Of a stretch of 64,000 nt of DNA, positions 28,270 through 37,060 are shown one piece after another. The stretch's first letter is position 1, and every line of letters starts with the position of its first letter. Below the pieces are notes generated by a model. It had not been told where the DNA came from. It worked only from the letters and a program-made list of their open reading frames with translations, and did no database searches. The position numbers and the translations under genes are program-made. The DNA is from a virus. The DNA lies in IMG/VR virus record IMGVR_UViG_3300025897_000009. The stretch is one strand, 5' to 3'.

Positions 28270-28787
28270 TATGCTGCTACCTCTGAGACCTGCTGTTGTA
28301 GAGCAGGATCATCGTCACGAAACCATCCTTGCGGAGTCTGATAAGACCTTACATAGTCCTTTCGTATCCCTTTCGGTGCCATCGTCCAAGACTCAGATCG
28401 AGCAATGATCGGTTTTGCTATGGCATCCTCGTCGTCGAAGACACGATGCGTTCTAGCAATCCAATGATCACCATCGTAAGACATTTTAACAGGAGTCTCC
28501 CAAGCAGGTGTAATTGGACCTTCACCATCGCCATCTTTACCTAGATCGCGAAAATGATACCCTATGACATATTCTTTAGAGGTTGCATGTTCATATTCGA
28601 GCAACGAAGTCAGAGTAGGAATACCCTCTCTTTCAATGCGTTCCTCATCACTCACAGAGATATCCGTGACAAAATGAGTGGTTCCACCTTTAAATTTCCA
28701 ATAAGTCTCATCGACTCCATGCACATAACCTTCGTTATGAGCAGCATAATTTTCACAATACTGTGTTTCAATGATTAATGTACGCAT
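28269..28787 (-). CDS. hypothetical protein
   Basis: 172 aa, IETQYCENYAAH...YWKFKGG; GGAGG RBS. Confidence 0.75.
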   Translation of the reverse strand: MRTLIIETQYCENYAAHNEGYVHGVDETYWKFKGGTTHFVTDISVSDEERIEREGIPTLTSLLEYEHATSKEYVIGYHFRDLGKDGDGEGPITPAWETPVKMSYDGDHWIARTHRVFDDEDAIAKPIIARSESWTMAPKGIRKDYVRSYQTPQGWFRDDDPALQQQVSEVAA

Positions 28788-28893
28788 ATTAAGATACCTC
28801 CAAAATACAAGTTAATACCATGATGATTTGTGGTAAAAGAAACCACTTAATTAAAAATCCTATATCCATATTCACTCCCCTTATCATCATACT

Positions 28894-28923
28894 AGTATAT
28901 AAAAAAACGATGAGTGTCGTAAA
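28894..28923 (-). promoter_or_regulatory. phage early promoter TTTACG-N18-TATACT
   Basis: near-identical to the 28061-28090 copy. Confidence 0.75.
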
Positions 28924-28939
28924 GTCCTCGGACATTGCG

Positions 28940-28947
28940 TATAAATA
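28940..28947 (+). promoter_or_regulatory. late promoter TATAAATA for gp2-gp54-gp26-gp51-tape measure
   Basis: exact consensus 5 nt before the ATG at 28953. Confidence 0.8.
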
Positions 28948-28952
28948 GTTGT

Positions 28953-29594
28953 ATGCCAATAGTAAGAACAATGGTGCGTGGAAAGACTTTTGAGAGCAAT
29001 GTGGATCAAACCTCAGTGTTATCAGAGGGCATACTAGACACTCTGAAACGAGAAGCACAGCGAAACAATATAGATAGTGTCAGTCGCGACAGCATTGATT
29101 GGTTCCGCAAGACAGCAAGTAAACTTAAGAGTGTTACAATGCGTGGGGTTCTAGAGGATAATGAGAGTGTGACTCGAGTTTCCATGGGTTCCATGGTGAT
29201 GTTTATGTACGATCCAATCGGTCGGGATAAACTGCCTTTCTATGATGCCTTTCCTTTGGTCATACCAGTGAAGAAGGCACCTGGAGGATTTCATGGGTTG
29301 AATCTACATTATTTGCCTCTGCCTTTACGAGCAGCATTTCTAGATGAACTGCTGAATAGAACATCTGGCAAGGAAAATAATAGAAGATTCCGATTGACTT
29401 ATGACTTACTCAAGAACTCAGCAAAACTCAATGAATTCAAACCTTGTTATAAACATTATCTTACAAAACAAATAAATAGTCGTATCGCCAGTATAAAACC
29501 AGAACACTGGACGACTGTGACTTTCTTACCCACGGAAAGGTTTCAGAAAGCAAGTAAAACAACAGTCTGGCGAGACTCTAGAGGAAAAGTATAA
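28953..29594 (+). CDS. gp2: DNA end protector protein gp2
   Basis: S.DWFR; MFMYDP....KLPFYDAFPLV...GFHGLNLHYLP..LRA.FLD; KPCYKHYL; FLPTERFQKA...VW. Confidence 0.92.
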   Translation: MPIVRTMVRGKTFESNVDQTSVLSEGILDTLKREAQRNNIDSVSRDSIDWFRKTASKLKSVTMRGVLEDNESVTRVSMGSMVMFMYDPIGRDKLPFYDAFPLVIPVKKAPGGFHGLNLHYLPLPLRAAFLDELLNRTSGKENNRRFRLTYDLLKNSAKLNEFKPCYKHYLTKQINSRIASIKPEHWTTVTFLPTERFQKASKTTVWRDSRGKV

Positions 29595-30310
29595 TGGCAA
29601 AAACAATCAATGACTTTAAAAGCAACATTGATAACCTATCACGTCCCAATCGATTTGAGGTCAACTTCTTTGGACCAGATGGACTCAAACTAGAAGGTGT
29701 GCGTTGCGATACAGCAGTGCTCCCAGGACGCAACATTGTCACTCAAGACTTTAGTGAATATGGATCCTTTAGGAAATATCCATACCTCGTAGACTACGAT
29801 GGAGGACAGGTTCAGTTCTCTTTCTATTGTGATAACTCATTTATCGATCGTGCCATCATCGAAGCATGGCAACAGTCAGTGTTTGATGTTAATTTTAATT
29901 TTAATTATTATAAAGATTATATTGGTGAAGTAACGATCACACAGTTAGATCAGCAACTCGAAGGAGCAGTGAAGTTTACACTGTTCGAAGCATATCCCCT
30001 GATGATACAGAATCAGCAACTCGATGCTGCAAATGCAGATGGGATACAAAAATTTAATTGTTCGTTTGCCTATAGAACATGGGAAAGCGAATATATACAT
30101 TCACCAAAACCTTTTGGTGGAATCAATGTCGGAAGTGCAGCATTACAGGCAGCATTAGACATACTGCGTTTGGGTGCTCGTAATAGTAATCGAGCAGCAA
30201 GAGTCCTAGGACGATTGAACAATGCAGTTGGCAAAATAGAAAGAATCAATAAAAAGACGGAAAGAATATTCGGATCGGATATCCTTGGAACTCTTGGCAT
30301 TGGTGATTAA
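29594..30310 (+). CDS. gp54: baseplate tail-tube initiator gp54 (tail-tube fold)
   Basis: LSRPNRFEV; CDTAVLPG; YYKDYIGEVTITQLD; FEAYP; FAYRTW; synteny after gp2. Confidence 0.8.
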   Translation: MAKTINDFKSNIDNLSRPNRFEVNFFGPDGLKLEGVRCDTAVLPGRNIVTQDFSEYGSFRKYPYLVDYDGGQVQFSFYCDNSFIDRAIIEAWQQSVFDVNFNFNYYKDYIGEVTITQLDQQLEGAVKFTLFEAYPLMIQNQQLDAANADGIQKFNCSFAYRTWESEYIHSPKPFGGINVGSAALQAALDILRLGARNSNRAARVLGRLNNAVGKIERINKKTERIFGSDILGTLGIGD

Positions 30311-30332
30311 AATTATATTATAGGAATATATT

Positions 30333-31043
30333 ATGGCATTACCAAAACAGGTCGCTCCATCCTATGTGGTGGAACTACCGAGTAATAAAACAGAAGTGAC
30401 ATATCGTCCCATGACGATGAAACAGCAGAAAAGTCTGTTGGTGGCATTAGAATCAGAAGATAACTTGCAGATGCTGAGAAGCATGCGAGATCTTTTATCT
30501 GATGTGACAGAAGGCAAGTTCGATGCATATAAGGCACCGATGGTGGATCTAGAGTATTTGTTTCTTCAAGTAAGAGCAAAATCTGTAGGGGAAACTGTCA
30601 ATCTTAACCTTAAATGTAAAGAAGAGGCATGTGAGGGATCAACTCAAATAGAGATTGATCTAACTTCCATCGGTGTCGTAGAATCTGACACAGTGGAGAC
30701 TCATCGTATCATGTTGAATGATACTCTAGGCATAGAGATGCGTTATCCTACACCTGAATTGTTGAGTAAACTACAGGATAAAGATGACGACATGACACAA
30801 CTCACACAAGTGATGAAGTCAACGATCGTGAGCATCTTTGATAATCTAGAAGTCCATCCTCTCGACGATGCCGATCCTAGAGAAGTGGAAGAGTTTCTTG
30901 ACAATTTAACGATTGATCAAGTGTCTCAAATCACTGACTATTATGATCGAATGCCTAAACTGAGTCACACCATCGACTTTGCTTGTAGTGATTGTGGTAA
31001 AGAGCAGAAAAGAGTATTACAAGGAATCGCAAGTTTTTTTTAA
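30333..31043 (+). CDS. gp26: baseplate hub assembly chaperone gp26
   Basis: MALPK...Y.VELPS....V.YRP; DLEYLFLQVRAKSVGE; MRYP; C-terminal CSDC...LQGIASFF. Confidence 0.9.
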   Translation: MALPKQVAPSYVVELPSNKTEVTYRPMTMKQQKSLLVALESEDNLQMLRSMRDLLSDVTEGKFDAYKAPMVDLEYLFLQVRAKSVGETVNLNLKCKEEACEGSTQIEIDLTSIGVVESDTVETHRIMLNDTLGIEMRYPTPELLSKLQDKDDDMTQLTQVMKSTIVSIFDNLEVHPLDDADPREVEEFLDNLTIDQVSQITDYYDRMPKLSHTIDFACSDCGKEQKRVLQGIASFF

Positions 31044-31222
31044 TATCTCTTTCTCATGAGAGTTTGTATAATTATATGCAAACAAACTTTCAACTCATGC
31101 AACACCATCATTACAGTCTAACTGAGTTAGACAATATGTATCCATGGGAAAGAGAAATATATGTTCGTCTTTTAATGAATTTTTTAGAAGAAGAACGTGA
31201 ACGACAGAAACAACAGAAATAG
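31040..31222 (+). CDS. gp51: baseplate hub assembly catalyst gp51; conserved part begins before the first in-frame ATG (31076), probably reached by -1 frameshift from gp26
   Basis: LISLSHESLYNYMQTNFQLMQHHHYSLTELDNMYPWEREIYVRLL is the gp51 signature; -1 frame relative to gp26; not in ORF track. Confidence 0.85.
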   Translation, partial: LISLSHESLYNYMQTNFQLMQHHHYSLTELDNMYPWEREIYVRLLMNFLEEERERQKQQK

Positions 31223-31231
31223 GAGATCGCA

Positions 31232-31612
31232 ATGAGCGAAGAAACTTCACAAGGAGAAGTTTCTGTTGATCTAGATAAATATACTGATTTAATCATGAAG
31301 TTAGATGAAGCGAATGACAAGATCGCAGAAATGGAAAAACTTCGTAATGAACTAAAAGTGGCAACAATTAAGGCAAAACCCCCTGCAGAGTTTTCTTTCG
31401 GGGCATTGTTTCGTGATGAGAATGATATTAATGAGAAATCAATTATAGGTTTCGCATCATTCATCATGATGATAGCATTTGGTATTGTCGACCTCGTAAC
31501 AGGTCTCAATGGAATGGAGTTAGTCATCGATGACAGCATCTATACATCCTTTGTCGTAGTGACATTAGGATCCTTTGGTATCGCAGAGGCAGGAAAAGCA
31601 TTCGGAAAATAA
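31232..31612 (+). CDS. hypothetical membrane protein (coiled coil + two TM segments)
   Basis: AGGAG RBS; hydrophobic IIGFASFIMMIAFGIV and SFVVVTLGSFGIA. Confidence 0.7.
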   Translation: MSEETSQGEVSVDLDKYTDLIMKLDEANDKIAEMEKLRNELKVATIKAKPPAEFSFGALFRDENDINEKSIIGFASFIMMIAFGIVDLVTGLNGMELVIDDSIYTSFVVVTLGSFGIAEAGKAFGK

Positions 31613-31615
31613 AAC

Positions 31616-33532
31616 ATGGCAGAAGACACCACCACAAAACTGATGACTGAGCAACTCAAAGTTGCTAACGAGACACACACGACTGCTAAGCAAACACTGG
31701 GAACAGTGAAAGCATTGGCAGGGCAGAGTAAAGGTATCGAGGGATCAGTGCAAACATTGGAAGGGCAGAATAAAAATGTCGAGAAGAAAGGCACAGAGAC
31801 GAATAGACTCTTAAGTCGACAGATCGATGATAATAAAACAATGCAAGATATCGCTCGTGAGAATGCATACGAGTTGAAAAATGCTTTGGGGGATCTTAAA
31901 GAAGGATTTAGTTTCTTTGGTAAGAACCTCAAAGAGTTAGGCATTGGTGGTGGTGATGTTCTCGGAAACCTTGGTAAAAAAATAGAAGCAGTGATCAATC
32001 TACTTGCATCCCCTATCATCATGATTGGGGGTTTCCTTATAGGTATTGGTCAAGGATTGGTAAAAGCAACGAAAGCAGTAAAAGATGGTAGCAAATTTAC
32101 CAAACTATTCTCTTTGCCTCTAATTGCTTTTAATGCAGCAATCCAAAGTATCACAAAACTGTTGGGGACTCGTACAGCATTTTTAACAAAGGCAGGTGGT
32201 CCAATCTGGAACATCAAGCAATTGTTCAACACCCTTATAGCAGGATTCAAATTCGATTCAATCAACAAAAGTGCAACTAAATTTCAAAAAAGTGTCTTTA
32301 ACATTGGACAACAATTTAAGAAGGTAGGTAAATCATTCGGTGCAGCAGGTGAATTGATTAAGAAGTTGTCAGCACCATTCAAAGGACTCGCCGATGGTGC
32401 TAAAGCAGTAGGAAAAGTGATAGGGAAATTATTTGCACCACTCAACTTTATCTTCGTTGCTTTCGAAACAGTCAGAGAATCCTTAAATGGATTTAAAGAA
32501 GCAGGAATTGTCGGTGGAATTTTAGGTGCAATCTCAGGATTTATAAAAGGTTTGATCACTATCCCATTAGATCTTATCATCAATGCTGTAGGTTGGATTG
32601 CTGGTAAACTAGGATTTGAGAATGTAGCAACAGCACTCAAAGAGTTCTCATTCACTGGACTGTTAACCACATTCACAGATAAACTGTATGACATTATTAA
32701 TAGTATACAAGAGTGGGTGGGTACTAAATTTGAAAATGTGAAAGAATCTTTACTGAACTTCGATCCATTTGAAGCAATAGGCAACATTGGTGACAAAATT
32801 AGCACTGCTCTCTCAGATGCTGGTGCATGGGTGGGGGAGAAAGTTAAAGGTCTGCTAGCAAAACTCAATCCTCTGAATTGGTTTAAAGGTGATGATGCTG
32901 AAGGAGACTATGCAGGTGAATTCGCAGAAGGTGGTAATATTCCTGCTGGTAAGTTTGGATTGGTAGGAGAACGAGGTCCAGAATTTGTAGGTGGTCCATC
33001 TTCAGTCATGTCTGCAGATAAATCCCGATCGATGATGCAGACTGCCACTAAACTCATGGGTGGTACAGGTGATGATGTTGATATTAAAGGTCAAGTTCTA
33101 TTCACTCGAGAAACAGGGGAACAAGCATTAGAATCATTTAATGCTGCACTCGAATCTGCTGGTATTCAAGAGAAGATCACTCTAGATGAACTTAAACAAG
33201 CACAGATGGATGGTATTGAAAATACTTCTAATCGTGTGGGTGATTTATATGATCAGTTCTTACGCAAAACTGAGACAGCAGCACTAGACATTAGTGATGC
33301 GTTTAATATTGAATTGGATGATCTTGGTATGGGATCAAGCAGTGGTGAAACTATTAAAGCAGCAGAGACTGAAATCGCTGATGCTAGAATGAGTAATCAG
33401 AGTGGTGGTGGAAGTGCTATAGCAAATTCAGGTAATGTCACTTCAAGTATTGTGACGAGTACGAATACAATTATGGCTGGAGTGAATACAAGAAACAACG
33501 ATTCTATCTCATTCCTTAACAAGAATATCTAA
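31616..33532 (+). CDS. tail tape-measure / baseplate hub protein (gp29-like)
   Basis: 638 aa helical Ala/Gly/Lys-rich with hydrophobic stretches; FAEGG...GLVGERGPEFV motif; follows gp26/gp51. Confidence 0.72.
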   Translation: MAEDTTTKLMTEQLKVANETHTTAKQTLGTVKALAGQSKGIEGSVQTLEGQNKNVEKKGTETNRLLSRQIDDNKTMQDIARENAYELKNALGDLKEGFSFFGKNLKELGIGGGDVLGNLGKKIEAVINLLASPIIMIGGFLIGIGQGLVKATKAVKDGSKFTKLFSLPLIAFNAAIQSITKLLGTRTAFLTKAGGPIWNIKQLFNTLIAGFKFDSINKSATKFQKSVFNIGQQFKKVGKSFGAAGELIKKLSAPFKGLADGAKAVGKVIGKLFAPLNFIFVAFETVRESLNGFKEAGIVGGILGAISGFIKGLITIPLDLIINAVGWIAGKLGFENVATALKEFSFTGLLTTFTDKLYDIINSIQEWVGTKFENVKESLLNFDPFEAIGNIGDKISTALSDAGAWVGEKVKGLLAKLNPLNWFKGDDAEGDYAGEFAEGGNIPAGKFGLVGERGPEFVGGPSSVMSADKSRSMMQTATKLMGGTGDDVDIKGQVLFTRETGEQALESFNAALESAGIQEKITLDELKQAQMDGIENTSNRVGDLYDQFLRKTETAALDISDAFNIELDDLGMGSSSGETIKAAETEIADARMSNQSGGGSAIANSGNVTSSIVTSTNTIMAGVNTRNNDSISFLNKNI

Positions 33533-33563
33533 TTTCTTTTTTCTATCGTATTGCTTTTTGGAT

Positions 33564-33830
33564 TTATGAATCTGTGTCTTTGCCTTCTTCGGCGAGACCT
33601 TGCGTACTTTTACTTTCGGCAATTTTGTCATAATTAATTGGACCCAATGGGTTCGGTAAGTCAATCCCAGATTCTACTCGATAGGCAAAGTCTCCTCTGC
33701 TCAAAACCTTCATGATCTTTGCTTTACCTAACTCGCCATAGTTGATTAGACTATTACTGTAATCTGTTTCTACCACAATGTGAAATCGTATCTTTCGATT
33801 ATCTTCCATGGCGATATCTACGAGTGCCAC
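33564..33830 (-). CDS. hypothetical protein
   Basis: ORF overlapping the 3' end of rpsU. Confidence 0.55.
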   Translation of the reverse strand: MALVDIAMEDNRKIRFHIVVETDYSNSLINYGELGKAKIMKVLSRGDFAYRVESGIDLPNPLGPINYDKIAESKSTQGLAEEGKDTDS

Positions 33831-34035
33831 CTAATCCACTGCCCGATAATTTCCTAGCATCCTTTTGATGCCTGCGTATCGCTGCACCTTTTTTGCGATT
33901 TCTTTTATCACAAGGTTTCTCATAGAACTCTCGCTGTCTCACCTCTTGGATGATACCTGCTTTTTCTACTTGTTTTCTGAATCTAGAGAGCATTCGGTCG
34001 AAGTACTCTCGGTCTCTAGGTGTCACTTTTGGCAT
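33799..34035 (-). CDS. rpsU: ribosomal protein bS21 (phage-encoded)
   Basis: MP.V..R..E.FD..L.RF.K..EKAG...EVR.REFYEKP...R.R.K.AA.RRH matches gammaproteobacterial bS21. Confidence 0.93.
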   Translation of the reverse strand: MPKVTPRDREYFDRMLSRFRKQVEKAGIIQEVRQREFYEKPCDKRNRKKGAAIRRHQKDARKLSGSGLGGTRRYRHGR

Positions 34036-34057
34036 AATATATTTTCTTGTTGTAAAT

Positions 34058-34240
34058 TAAAAAGTGTCAAGTCGCCCCACAATCTCTCGCTCTTGACTAA
34101 CAGTTCCCGCACTTTAACTGCTTTGCCCAATTCATCAGTTGCCCCATGGTCTTATGCCTATGCTGCCAATCCTTCGCACTGATGATGATGGGAACTGAAC
34201 CAGCAACAATCCAAACCCATCCCCACTTTATCTGTATACA
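34058..34240 (-). ncRNA. candidate structured RNA (late transcript or rpsU leader)
   Basis: GC-rich non-coding gap; complementary pairs 34101-08/34190-97, 34132-39/34178-85, 34066-71/34092-97; late promoter immediately upstream. Confidence 0.55.
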
Positions 34241-34243
34241 GAT

Positions 34244-34251
34244 TATTTATA
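34244..34251 (-). promoter_or_regulatory. late promoter TATAAATA upstream of the structured RNA and rpsU
   Basis: exact consensus just after the gp32 stop. Confidence 0.78.
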
Positions 34252-34252
34252 A

Positions 34253-35173
34253 TCAACTATCGTTTGCTAATCGTTGAAAGTAATCCATATCGTCGTCACT
34301 AGAAGCACTTGGTGCTACTTCTGCTGTTGCAGAAGGACTTTCGTCTGCTGTGTTCCAAGGTAAATCTGGTGCACTCGCAGAATCTAAATCAGCATCTTGT
34401 GCTACAGATTCAGCAGTTGCTCCAGAAACAGCAGTTCCTAGTACTCTATCCAACTTCTCTTTGAGTTCGTCATAAGACTTGAACTCTGCAGGAGCAATCA
34501 CACTGTTAAGTGAATATTGTTTGCTATAGAGTTCCTCTAAAGAAGTATCGTCGCCATCAAACAGAGGAGTCACTGGATCGAACTCTGATTTATCATAGTT
34601 CCAGAATCCATCAACTTTTCTTAGTTTGATTTTGAAGTTTGCACCTTCCCAAAAGTCGAAAGGGTTTAAAGGTGTTTCATCTTCAAATGCTGGGCACATT
34701 GCCTCTTTTAGCATTTCAAAGATCTTCTTACCATATCTGTATAAGAATACCTTTCCTTCGTTTTCAGGATGCTTAGGATCAGACACAACTAAAATGTTAG
34801 AAACATAGTGTAGTCTTCTCTTTTGTTTCCTTGCTTGATCTTTGTTTGCCTCGATTCCAGAGTTCCATAGTTGAGTATTGTACTCAGAAACTGGATCGTT
34901 TTTCCCAAGAGTCGTCAAGGACTTCTCAATGAACCAACCACCTGGACCTTGGAATCCATGATCCCAGTAAGTAACCCATGGTTGCTCTTCGCCTGCTGGG
35001 GATGGTAGGAATCTAACTACAGCAAACCCATTGCCAGACTTATCCATTTCTGGTTTCCAGAATCGTTCGTCTACATAGGATTTAGTTTTAGATCCACCAC
35101 TATCGGCATCAGCCATGGCAGTTTTTAGTTTATCGAGTGAACCTCGATTGCGTTTTAAGTCAGCGAATGACAT
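34253..35173 (-). CDS. gp32: single-stranded DNA-binding protein gp32
   Basis: DERFWKP..DKSGNGFAVVRFLP; HGFQGPGGWFIE; YGKKIF; NPFDFWEGANFK; NYDKSEF; acidic tail. Confidence 0.96.
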   Translation of the reverse strand: MSFADLKRNRGSLDKLKTAMADADSGGSKTKSYVDERFWKPEMDKSGNGFAVVRFLPSPAGEEQPWVTYWDHGFQGPGGWFIEKSLTTLGKNDPVSEYNTQLWNSGIEANKDQARKQKRRLHYVSNILVVSDPKHPENEGKVFLYRYGKKIFEMLKEAMCPAFEDETPLNPFDFWEGANFKIKLRKVDGFWNYDKSEFDPVTPLFDGDDTSLEELYSKQYSLNSVIAPAEFKSYDELKEKLDRVLGTAVSGATAESVAQDADLDSASAPDLPWNTADESPSATAEVAPSASSDDDMDYFQRLANDS

Positions 35174-35210
35174 ATCGTATCTCCTTTATATTGCATTGTA
35201 TTGCGTTGTA

Positions 35211-35942
35211 TTAATGATCAGGATACATTGGTATTCGGTCAACATAACCAGAGCCAAGTACCCATTCTTCATCTTCAGGTATATTATAGGTTATTTCATG
35301 GGTGTCAGTAAGTGACTTTTGGAAATTAAACTTAACTTTTTCAAAGTGCTTTACCATCGCCATTAACTGATCATATTGCGCAGTTAATACACGAAAGGTA
35401 TCTTCCTGTTCCCAATCATAATTGTCAGTTCCTTGATAGACATTCTCATAGGTGTTATTCCATAGAGAATCAAATCCTATTAGGTTGACTTCCTTTGCTC
35501 CATCTAACAATGCCAATCCTATGGCAGTGGTTCCACATACCATATCTCGTAGGATCGGATCGTCAAACTTCACGATCGAGTTGGGTTCTTCAAAACATAA
35601 TATTTCCATAGTCCCTTGGAGTGAAGATCCCTGACTAAAGAAATGAGTTGAAGACTCGTTAAGATTATGTGTAGTTATATCACTGTGATGTGAGTCAAAC
35701 CTTAACATCATCTTAAATTGTTCAAGAGCATCTATAGGAGTAGCATCCCAATCAGCGAATGCAACTTTATGCTCTTTGTAGTATCCAGAATTGATAATCT
35801 CGATTTGCATCGGGATATCGACTGCTACTAATGTGTCTGGTGAGAAATCTCTATAGAGTGCATTACACCCATAAGTGTTCTCAAGTTTGGTAAGGTCAAA
35901 TTGTGTCCTGCTAGGACCATTGCCTAAAATATGTGCTATCAT
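35211..35942 (-). CDS. hypothetical protein, Maf/DUF115/sialyltransferase-like Rossmann fold
   Basis: ILGNGPSR...YGCNALYRDF.PD.LVAVD...GTTAI..A...GA.EVNLIGFD. Confidence 0.6.
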   Translation of the reverse strand: MIAHILGNGPSRTQFDLTKLENTYGCNALYRDFSPDTLVAVDIPMQIEIINSGYYKEHKVAFADWDATPIDALEQFKMMLRFDSHHSDITTHNLNESSTHFFSQGSSLQGTMEILCFEEPNSIVKFDDPILRDMVCGTTAIGLALLDGAKEVNLIGFDSLWNNTYENVYQGTDNYDWEQEDTFRVLTAQYDQLMAMVKHFEKVKFNFQKSLTDTHEITYNIPEDEEWVLGSGYVDRIPMYPDH

Positions 35943-35957
35943 AAAAAACTGTTTTTG

Positions 35958-36473
35958 TTACTGTTGTTGCCCCATGGCAAGGATATACTCTAACCATTCT
36001 CTCATAGACCAATCTATATTTGCTGTAATCATGTTATACTGTTTAGGATGTTTCATGATTCCGAAGGCAAAGTGCCTGTTGATTAAATAAGGAGTGTATG
36101 GTTCTACTTGGTAGAATGCTTGAGTATTAGTTTCTGTATTTGCATGTTCATTGTCAGTTAGTTGTCTTTTGCTAAACAGACTGAGACGACCAACTGCTGC
36201 AGAAGAGTGTACCAATGTTACATCTTCATCAAATATTGCAAGAACTACTTTTTGATCTCTGTAAGGCATAGAATGCAACTTTCTGCCTTCCATTTTCTTA
36301 GCATCAAAGACTATGTCCCCATGATCTTTTTTGTTAATGCCAAAGTTAGTTTTCATCCACCTCACATATGAATCTAAATTGCCATCAGCAATTCTGTCAA
36401 ATGTTCGCTTCTGCATTGTCAATGCAAAATCAAAGATAATAAGGTTTTGTCGTAAGTCGTTGTATTTGTTCAT
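35958..36473 (-). CDS. hypothetical protein
   Basis: 171-aa ORF with ATGA overlap to gp59. Confidence 0.65.
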   Translation of the reverse strand: MNKYNDLRQNLIIFDFALTMQKRTFDRIADGNLDSYVRWMKTNFGINKKDHGDIVFDAKKMEGRKLHSMPYRDQKVVLAIFDEDVTLVHSSAAVGRLSLFSKRQLTDNEHANTETNTQAFYQVEPYTPYLINRHFAFGIMKHPKQYNMITANIDWSMREWLEYILAMGQQQ

Positions 36474-37060
36474 GTAAATATTTCTAATGCTATCGTTTTT
36501 AGTTTCTTATGATCACCTGATACAAATGCAGACAGTTTCTTTAACCTACCACTGTGTTCTTTCCACACAATGGTTTCTGCTATTTGCTTATCCCATACTT
36601 CAATGAACTTTGTTAACTCATTGAATAAGATGATCGATTCTGGCGATATTTTGTTTGCCAGATATTGTTTGAGTAGTACAGGATGTTGTCCATCCTTTAC
36701 TTGTAACAACTCGTCTAATGTATATTTAGTTGCTAGAGAACTTAGTTCTTTTTGAAAATTGTATGTCAAACTCTGTTTTCTTTTTTTGTAGTTGCTGTAT
36801 TGGGTTTCTGATTCATTACCAAGTAAATCCCCCACCCACTTGTCGGAAGTTGATAAGTTTGCGATAAGGAAATCACGCAACTCATGTCCGTGTTTTCTAG
36901 CAAGTTTCGCAAAGTGATACTTATCCTTTCTTTTAAGGAACGACTTGAGATCTGCTTTGACTTGTCCATTGTACTTAACATAATCGTATGAATCTGAGGT
37001 GAAATGCAATTTAATGCCTAAGTAAAGGCAGTATGCATCAAACCCTTCTCTGCTAGTCAT
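36470..37060 (-). CDS. gp59: helicase loader gp59
   Basis: GFDAYCLYLGIKLHFTSDSYDYVKYNG...SFLKRKDKYHFAKLA; GQHP.LLK.YL...ISPE. Confidence 0.9.
   Translation of the reverse strand: MTSREGFDAYCLYLGIKLHFTSDSYDYVKYNGQVKADLKSFLKRKDKYHFAKLARKHGHELRDFLIANLSTSDKWVGDLLGNESETQYSNYKKRKQSLTYNFQKELSSLATKYTLDELLQVKDGQHPVLLKQYLANKISPESIILFNELTKFIEVWDKQIAETIVWKEHSGRLKKLSAFVSGDHKKLKTIALEIFT

Noticed and set aside
28789-29058. 89-aa minus-strand ORF overlapping the gp2 start
   Set aside because: It crosses two promoters and gp2; only the last ~26 codons (SD-led MDIGFLIKW...) are plausibly real.
34120-34200. CUGAUGA on both strands suggesting a hammerhead ribozyme; also considered tmRNA and tRNA
   Set aside because: No GAAA core after a stem II; no tRNA-like acceptor or T arm; too short for tmRNA.
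34230-34243. Palindrome CTGTATACAG as a LexA box
   Set aside because: Spacing is CTGT-N2-ACAG rather than CTGT-N8-ACAG.
35958-36473. Possible further 2OG oxygenase
   Set aside because: The beta-strand pattern is suggestive but the HxD and distal His ligands are not evident; left as hypothetical.
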